Source of the DNA: Octopus vulgaris
Taxonomy: Eukaryota
Assembly: GCA_951406725.2 (NCBI GenBank)
Contig: OX597829.1
Coordinates: 4,092,001-4,156,000, forward strand
Length of the DNA: 64,000 bases
Reading direction: 5' to 3'
In this document: in pieces, positions 55,291-64,000 of the stretch
How positions within the stretch are numbered: position 1 is the stretch's first letter
How the letters are laid out: every line of letters begins with the position of its first letter
Program-made: the position numbers and the translations under genes
Notes under the pieces: model-generated
Database searches by the model: none
What the model was told of the DNA's origin: nothing
Seen by the model: only the letters and a program-made list of their open reading frames with translations

Positions 55291-55693
55291 TTTGAATAGA
55301 GAGAATTATGCATACACATATACATATGTACATATACATGTATCTTACACACACAAATGTGTGTGTGTGTGCGTGCGTGTCTTATAATGTGAACTGATAC
55401 CCAACATGAGTCCATGTTTCCAAGGCCATCTGTTTATCATCAGATATGTAAATATCATTGGGTGATGCAGAAATGTGTAACAGTCATTCTAGTTAACGGC
55501 TGAGATTTTAATCAACTTCAAGAAATTAGTGGACAGTATTTTATTTGTTTAGATTGACAAATATTCATATTAATATCTGTTGACATTTGCTATTTTGTTA
55601 CGTCAGTTTATTAAATATCAATTTCTACTGTTTATGTTCCAAATATATAACCCAGAACAACTGCTGCTGCTATTATTATTATTATTATTATTA

Positions 55694-55727
<34 letters not shown>

Positions 55728-56059
55728 CATTATTATTATTGTTATTGTTGTTATTGTTATTATTATTATTATTATTATTATAATGATAATAATAAAACTC
55801 GTGTAAATATTTATGATAGAAATATAAGGTAACAGAAGGTTGTAGATGGCAGAACCACTAGAAAGATTAAAAAAGAAAAAGAAAAACTCAGCTGCCAATA
55901 AACATGTTCTTTTGTGTTGTGAGTTCAAGTCCAGCCAAAGAGAACTTTACTTTCCCTCTGTCCAAGGTCAATAAATTGAATACAAATTGCATACCAATGT
56001 CAACATCTAGTTAACAGTTCCCGTTTAGCACTGGGAACGACATAATTGAATAGCATCAT

Positions 56060-56369
56060 CTCCAGATGCAGGGTATTGCTTCTAGAAAGTTCCCCTCCGA
56101 GGCACAAGTCTGGGCAAGGTTGCTTATGGAAGACCAGCGGTTGCCCATGCATACCAGCCTCCCCCTATTAAGGCAACCGATGTTATCCAAAGGAAAAGTG
56201 AAGCCCAGTACAGCTTGGCACCAGTGACATCGTAATTCATTTCTACAATTGTGTAAACTGGGGCAACATGAAATAAAGTGCCTAGCTCAAGGATACAACA
56301 CACAGCCCAGTCCAGGAATCGAACACACCACCTTATGATTATAAGCCCAATGCTCTAACCACTGGGCCA
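56060..56369 (-). mobile_element. tRNA-derived SINE (Meta/CORE-like domain), reverse
   Basis: Minus strand begins tggcccagtggttagagc...gttcgattcc (A/B boxes), then gtgttgtatccttgagctaggcacttta. Confidence 0.65.
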
Positions 56370-56398
56370 ATATATATTTATGTATGTACATATATATT

Positions 56399-56454
<56 letters not shown>

Positions 56455-56456
<2 letters not shown>

Positions 56457-56748
56457 ACAATGGCCCAGTGGTTTGGGCAGCGGACTCGTGGTCGTAGGAT
56501 CGCGGTTTCAATTCCCAGACCGGGCGTTGTGAGTGTTTATTGAGCGAAAACACCTAATGCTCCACAAGGCTCCGGCAGGGCGGGGTGATCCCAGCTGTAC
56601 TCTTTCACCACAACTTTATCTCACTCTTTCTTCTGTTGGCCTGCTCGCTTAGCCAGCGGGGTGGCGTCATTTAAAGGTTAAAACAATGCAAAGCGCATTG
56701 TGATCAGTGATGTGTAGCAACATCTGATAGCCTGGTCAGTCACAGTGA
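56455..56748 (+). mobile_element. tRNA-derived SINE family E in (TA)n
   Basis: Head tggcccagtggtttggg...ggtttcaattccc. Flanked by (TA)n. Confidence 0.82.
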
Positions 56749-58014
56749 TATATATATATATATATATATATATTTGTAAAAAATGAAGTTCGAAAATGCT
56801 GCTGTATTATACAATTTTTAATTTTTATATATACATTATAACATGTTTCAGTTCCTGAAATGAACCTTATCAAAAAAAGTTATATATAAAAAAAGACAGC
56901 TCATGCCGTCAAACACAAGAAATTCATTTATAATACACAACGGAGTCAGACATCTTAGAGTTCATGTATAGTTGATATATAGTTCATGTATAGTTGATAT
57001 ATAGTTTGAAGTATATGTTCAAAGTGTTCGATGCAGTGGCCCACGGTGGCGATACGTATTCAATACAAAAAACAGATCAAAGTGGTGGAAAGCGGTCAAT
57101 ACAGAAGATTGATGTTTCCGAAAGAGCGAGGAATTCATTTTTACCTTAAGCAATTGTGATGATCCATGGTGGATGTTCGCTGGGTGGTTCTAGTGGGTTT
57201 TATATATATATAACAAAGCTAAAAATATCTTACCACTGCAAATTCTTTGTAGTTTTGTGTGTGTGTGTTGACCATGCATGTATCAAATTATAATTCATAC
57301 ATGGGCACACATATTACAGATTATGTTCATCTTTATAGATTCAATATATATAAAAACAGATATTTTACTCTAAGCACTGTCAAGTATTTGTGTGTGTGTA
57401 TATGTAAAACTATTAACCCTGGCCTCCCCACAACTGAGCCTTATCTATATCATACTGGATATATATATGCTGGATTCCAAATTCTAAAATTTTTGGAAAT
57501 TTTTAATTTATATTTATTTTTGTTTATGCTCTTGTTTGGTTCTTTAAAATCTGAACATACATGTTGTAGTGAAGTTTAGGAATTACCATTTTACTTCTGT
57601 CTTGCTGGAAATGCAGTTGAGATGTGTGACATTCACCAAAGTCATGTGACTGCTTAGTCAAAACATAGAGCAAAAAATATAAATTCTGTAATTAAACTCA
57701 AGTATTACTCTCCAAGGAATTAAAGTTTATTAAATGTGCACTTAAATCAACCCAGAAATCAAAATACTGAATTCAAAGCTAAACAAGCTAATTCTGTTAT
57801 ATTTAATTATCATCATCATCATCATTGTCGTCATCACCATCATCATCATTCTCAAAAATGCAAATTTTAAGTGCTTTTATAATAAATATTTTTTAATGTA
57901 ATCCTTAATAAGTAAATTGTGATTAATATCGGTAGTAGAATATCTATTTTCTCTCTCTACTAATATGTATCTGTATACTTTGCAAACGATGACTTTCAAC
58001 CGCTTTGAAGGAAT

Positions 58015-58225
58015 CGTATGTGGTCGCTCATTCTACAAGAAATAACAGTCAAAGTTCTTTTTAAATCACGCATTGCAGTCTTTAAAAAAAGGAAGATAAG
58101 ACAAAGTAATCTTTAAAACATTTATGTGATTAAAGAATAAGAGGGCCTCATGTCTGAAACACCTCTGGTCATCAATCTACTTGAACAGTGCTGCCCAAGG
58201 CTAAACAAACATCAACAGTAACTAC
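58015..58225 (+). mobile_element. Old, diverged interspersed repeat with (CAA)n-like tail (representative copy)
   Basis: The motif chain ctgctagaaatagcagccaaatct...ggctggaat...ggggctaaacaacaac recurs in degraded form at about 7075, 19120, 24620, 29100, 44600, 61820 and 62780 (reverse). Confidence 0.6.
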
Positions 58226-58446
58226 CACACAACTTTTGCTGCATTGATGTAACAACTATCCGTAAAACAATTCCACAGCTGTCTATAGAAATCTTTAAGG
58301 ATCCTTTCGTGTCTATACTTGAGGAATTGTCCTTCTGGTACTTGCTCAAATTCTACCAGCTATAGATCTGCATCCAGGATCAATGAAATTATGTGTACCA
58401 GGTGTATCTATAGTGTGTAGATGTAAGTACATATATATATATATAC

Positions 58447-58680
58447 TTTATTTAAAGCAGCAGAAATTTAACTAAAGCTGTTACTCGGAGTTTCACGTTC
58501 CCGTTCGTCGGACAGTTTTGTTAAAAAAATAAAAAAAACTGTCCAACGAACGGGAACGTGAAACTCAGAGTAACACGTTTTGTTGAATTTCTGCTGCTTT
58601 TAAATAAAGCATATTACTCTACCACTGGTATTTGAGTACTCTTTTTTCCACCTTGTTTCACATTTATGTGTTTACTCTGG
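58447..58680. mobile_element. Asymmetric foldback element with inverted hammerhead motifs, in (TA)n
   Basis: About 73-bp inverted arms (58447-58519 and about 58535-58609) plus a one-sided extension to 58680. A second copy in opposite orientation lies at about 17093-17810. Confidence 0.85.
58478..58515 (-). ncRNA. Minimal type-I hammerhead ribozyme-like motif (core CCGACGA)
   Basis: Minus strand: CTGT-CCGACGA-ACG ggaa CGT-GAAA-CTCCGAG-TA-ACAG. Confidence 0.7.
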
Positions 58681-58690
58681 TATATATATG

Positions 58691-58741
<51 letters not shown>

Positions 58742-58748
58742 GTATATA

Positions 58749-58780
<32 letters not shown>

Positions 58781-60951
58781 ATGGTAAGATGCAGGGATCT
58801 AAGTATAAGAAGTTTGTAAGTTTCAAGCAGTCTGTGGTAGGTAGAGAGAACAAAAAGTGGATAGTATATGGTCAGGGACAATAACATTGTTATTATAACA
58901 ATTTATAACTTTTCCCATATTGAAGTTACAAGGAAATTTGATAAGCTGAAAGTTTCTGTTAGTACCAAGAGTTGCTATGAAAAACGGTTAAAATCCAGAT
59001 TACACATGTTTCTTAGCTATCTATATATATATATATAGCTATCTATTTATCGATCGCTAGACTGATTGATTGATTGATTTTGTTTATCAAATCTCTTTTG
59101 TTATTTGCTTTCTGACACCAGTAGCTACTAACACACTATAGTGCTGTAAACACATTGTTACTTGTTGTTGTGGTTATGGTGGTGGTGGTGGTGATTGTAG
59201 TGGTGGTGGTGGTTAAAACTTTGCTTTGTTAGAATCTATTTAGAATGATTGTTGTTAAATTTCAAAATTGATTATAAGTGGATTTTTTTTTTTTTAATAG
59301 TATTAAATATGATTATGTATCTGTATGTGTATATAATGTGTATGTTTATTTATTTGTATGTGCTCAATGATTCGAATTTATATGCTGCACATGTATAAGT
59401 TCTTGACGTGTATTTGTGTGTGTGTATTCATGTATGAATTTGTATGTTGGCATTAGGAATGACATCCAATCATGAAAACCAGGCCAAAACAGGCAGTGAA
59501 GCCTGGTGCCGTCTTCTGGCTTATCCTGTCAAACAGTCCAACCCATGCCAACATGGAAACAGATGTTAAATGATGACGATCGTGATACATACATACTACA
59601 TACATACATACGTACGTACGTACGTACGTACATACAAACATGCATGCATACATGCATACATGCGTGCATACACACATTCATACACACATACATACACACA
59701 CACACACATGCATACATACATACACACACACACGCACGCACATGCATACATGCATGCATGCTAGTAATAATGAATAGAATAAAAATGCACTATACCTAGG
59801 GTAGAGTATAAATTTGTTTATATATGGTTAGCTGGAATCAGAGTTCATATGTATCTAAAGTTTCATGCAAACATAAGAATTATGTTTATGTTATAAATGA
59901 ACACTGTTTGAAGAAAAGTATGATAGAATGGGTGATTCTCAGACTGATCAGTGCAAATCTCACACATCAATATTATATTTATACTGTTCAATTAAAGCTT
60001 ATAACATAATTGATATGTTTATAGGTAAATTCAAGTATATATAAACTCTGTTTCCAAATGATCATAGAAAAACATGTATGTATGTATGTATGCATGCGTG
60101 TGCATGTATGGGTATATTTTTATATTATGTATGTGTATATGTATGAAATATTAGTGACAGAAACAATATTAATACTGAACGGTGAGCTTTATATCCTACT
60201 TAACAATCTGACATGGATGCCTGTCACTGAGGAAGTGCAGTACACTGAAATCACATGATCTGGCAGTTCTAGCATGTGTAGTAGTAAATGCAATTATTCA
60301 TATATCGGAATTACAATGAAACAAGTACAAACACAGGTCAAAGAATATCTCTGTGCTAATGTTTCTTCCATCAAAAATCACTTGTGGAATTATCACATTT
60401 AAGTTTTTGCTGATGCCACAGAATAAAACATTGGGAACCTGAGAATAAAAGAATCCATCATCATTAGCAATCTCAAATCACATATTAGCATTAGAACCAA
60501 ACTGCATGCAGCTGATTGGTTATTATAGCAATGCCATCCTGCACATGCAAAACAACTTGTCACATACTCACACACACAATACAGAGTAGAAAAAAAAGCC
60601 AGCTTGCAACACCAAATATCCAAAGATGTCCCGAAGATCGGGTCTTACCCCAAGATATCAAAATACCAGATAAAAGTACAAAGCATTGATATATCTTATT
60701 TCATACAACCCACTTTGTTTTGGCTTTTCAGAAAAATTAAAAGCATTTAACATATGTACACTTAGGTGTATGCGTGTATGTAAGTTTGTTTGCTTGCATA
60801 TGTAAGTATGTATGGGTGTGTTTCAGAATGCTGAGCATGAGTTGGATAGACACAACCTGATCATGTCCATAAAAGACTGACCAGGCCAGCAGCAAAAATG
60901 TCTTAAGATTATATTATAGAAAGGTTGTAGATAAGAGTACATTTTTATTTT

Positions 60952-61363
60952 GGATCTTTTCAGTTTGAACGGCAGTTTTTTCTAGCGGTGTCATATGAAA
61001 TTGTCACCCATAATTATGACCCTAGAATCGATCTATTGCATTTCAATCTCTTTTAGGATTAGGGTTAGTTAGGGTTAGGGGTGGGGGAAGGGTATCTTTT
61101 TTTTCTTCACAAATGTAAATAAACCCAATCTGTTTCTTAAACGAGGGACATATTCATACGGCAAGAATGTTTTTTAACTCAATAGACGTCACTGATTGGT
61201 AGAAATTGAAGAAAAAACACAACAAATATCTTACAAACTATAGAATTTTCTCAGTCAAGAGAAAAAGATGTTTTATAAACACATTCTACCAGTATACAAA
61301 GTTTAAAAGTGTTTAGTTACCTAGAAATTATGTTAAAAACTGCCGTTCAAACCGAAAAGATCC
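60952..61363. mobile_element. MITE with about 29-bp TIRs, 8-bp TSD and internal TTAGGG repeats (Merlin-like termini)
   Basis: ggatcttttcagtttgaacggcagttttt / aaaaactgccgttcaaaccgaaaagatcc. TTTATTTT on both flanks (60944-60951, 61364-61371). Confidence 0.85.
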
Positions 61364-62600
61364 TTTATTTTCCCTGTGCAGAACTTGTACCGGATTCCGT
61401 AGAGTAATAAAATTGACTGAGGTTGACTATCCTTTTACTCAGGGTGCATGTATGTATGAGGGAGGGTTGGCATTGAATATTCAGTGGTTACAACCATCAT
61501 TTCATTATTCAATTATTTAATTTGAGTGTTTTGAAATTATTTGCCGAATAAAATAAGTACATTGATTTGAATTAACTGTACTCTTTGTCTCCAGAATTAA
61601 TTACTTTATTACATTTGTGTTATTATTTTGTAGCCATTTAACAAAAAAATATTTAAACCACTAGCACCACCACCATCATATTACATGTAAAATTCTTTTT
61701 TTTTTTTTTCTTAACACCTTCTGTTCTTTGTTTTGCAATAATTGTCTGTGAAAGTGAAATAATTATAATTTATAATGACCATCGGACAAAGACAAAACAA
61801 GAATTTTCATGCAGTTATTCAACCTGGTAAAAAAAAATAGCAGCCAAATATCCTATAAAATGTACTTTAGGTACCTTATAAAAAAAAAAGGTTTCATTGT
61901 GTAATGTAAACTAATATTTTTTGATATTATGGATGGAGAGACCCTTTGATCATCTGCCTGCTGGATCAGGGCTGACTAGGGATTAAACAACAACAGGTTT
62001 GTTGTAAATCGTTTGGTGGTTTTCTTTTTCTGTTTTAAGTATTTCTCTTTTAATCATTTCAATCATTGATCTGTGGTCAAGGTACCGTCTTGAAGGGTTT
62101 AATTAAACAAATTGACAAAACCTTTATATTTTCAAAGCCTAGTACTATACTGTCTAGTTGTTTGGAATACATATGGGATGTCAATTCAGAAGGACTGAGT
62201 TCAAATCCTGATTTGAACATTGTTAGGGGAGTGGAATTAATTTTACCAAAGTGATTTGCTCAAAATTTTCTACTCAAAGACAACAACTTATGTTTCATAT
62301 CCTGATCGAGTGACTACATAATAATGGTTTCTGGGATTTACCATTATTATAAAGACCCAATGAAGGAACTTCTTGGTCATACAACCTGCTAGATATAACA
62401 GCTGCCAAATCTTCTCCAAACTACATCTTAGAGAATACAGTTGCTAATTGAATCATTGGTAGTTCTTGTCCCTTTTGTTGTTCCTTGTGTGTACCAAGTT
62501 CTCTAAAAACCTGGAATTCACAGACTCTGTCTTGTTACAAAGACAAAGAAACTTTGATTAACTGAGAGGAGCTAACCAGAGTTTGTCTGGAACTAGGTAG

Positions 62601-62651
<51 letters not shown>

Positions 62652-64000
62652 ATAAATACATGTTGTGGTCTGAATTTAGAATCCTCTTCTGGGTCTCCAA
62701 AACATCACTGTTTTATCTTCAGTTGTATCACAATAAGAAGACAGTCTTTTGGTGACTAAGACCAAACTGTGTTGTTTTTTTTTTCAACCCCTCATCAGTC
62801 CTGATTTGACTCACATTTGATCAAATGTATTCCAACTGTGACCACCCTGTCTTTTGTTCAGAAATAGTGTATCTTAGACTACATTATTCAGTGTGTACTC
62901 CTTTTCTAAGACAATATGATACAATACGACAGACTCAGCTGCTATTCTTAGTAGGCTCAGTGGCCATGTAAGAGGTTCTTCATTGAATTCGAAAAAAAAT
63001 ACGTTGTTTAATTAAATATACAACTTTGGAAACCATTGTTCCATTGAAAGTTTCTTACCCAAAGCCTGAGATATTTCTTTCCTCTTATGTCACACAAGCT
63101 GACTATTGTTTTTGGTTCTCAGCAGCAGACATAGTTTGTCTTCAAATTCCATTAAACATACTTGAAATTAATTTTTAAAAGAAAATGAATAATCCCTGAA
63201 TCGTATCTATACACATAAACTTTATTATAATATATTTATTATAAAACATTCTTCATTTAATACAGATAATGAATTATGCTGATGTGTCTGTTATCAAATT
63301 ATTGTAAATTTCTTCATTACATGAAATGGAATTTTTTTAATTTTTAGTGCAATGGTCTTAAAAAATAAAAAGGGGGGAGGAGAAGTGTTGGACTTTTTTT
63401 TACATTTTAATTTTTCCATGCCAAAGTCTCTTAATTATTTTTTTCATTTTCTCCACTAAACGAACTTTGTAATCCAATTTAAGATAATCCCATTAATTAA
63501 GAAACACTTTCCATGTCAACTCTTCCTTTCTTTTTTTAGTAGATTTTTTTAATATTTTTAAATTCTTTTAATCAGATTTGTAATTTCTATCATGTTGGCA
63601 ATTTATTTCCTCAGAGGAATTAAGAAAATATGTAATTACTGCATGATACAAATAAAATGTGTGTTTAATGCGTAAATTTGTATACACTTAAGTGTGTATA
63701 ACATGTGTATATATTTGTGTATGTCATTAGTTTCAATAATGAGTGTTCCACTTGTTTTATCAACTGGTCTGTGGTCAAGTAGTCTACAGGCACATGTACC
63801 TTTACCATAATCCTGAGACAGAATCAGCATAACACAGTGCATGACAAGAAACCCATTATATGGGTTTCCATAGTTTCTTTTTACCATCCAAGAAGCTTCC
63901 CTAGTTTCTTTTTACCATCCAAGAAGCTTCTCTAGGCAAAATGCTTAGCGGTATTTTGTCTGCCGTTACGTTCTGAGTTCAAATTCCACTGAGGTCGACT

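Noticed and set aside
56455-56530. tRNA-like heads of SINEs
   Set aside because: A/B boxes only, with no complete cloverleaf. Not tRNA genes.
59105-59152. Possible 21-nt microexon (ccagtag|CTACTAACACACTATAGTGCT|gtaaac)
   Set aside because: Weak donor, tandem AG and no other support.
63455-63505. Cluster of TAATCC/TAATTA homeodomain-like sites
   Set aside because: Expected by chance in AT-rich DNA. No conservation data available.
63871-63934. 31-bp tandem duplication (similar ones at about 48878-48935 and 56959-57005)
   Set aside because: Two-copy local slippage duplications. Not arrays and no spacers.

Overview
AT-rich, microsatellite- and SINE-dense animal genomic DNA, probably octopus or another coleoid cephalopod (inferred from the repeat landscape, not demonstrated). 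The window is the interior of one + strand gene of the neurobeachin/LRBA (rugose) family. Nine coding exons (588-22489, 1004 nt, about 334 aa) splice in frame and encode the end of the PH domain and essentially the whole BEACH domain. One intron has a GC donor. The next expected constitutive exon is not recognisable, so 22490-64000 appears to be one intron of more than 41 kb, containing candidate microexons. Introns carry tRNA-derived SINEs, RTE LINE remnants and 3' tails, Penelope-like RT and GIY-YIG remnants, and hAT-, piggyBac- and Merlin-like MITEs. The most unusual signal is a set of small non-coding elements embedded in (TA)n tracts that carry minimal type-I hammerhead-ribozyme folds with variant cores, two of them in inverted (foldback) elements. 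Nearly all ORFs in the supplied track are microsatellite or repeat artefacts. Repeat boundaries are approximate unless a TSD is given.
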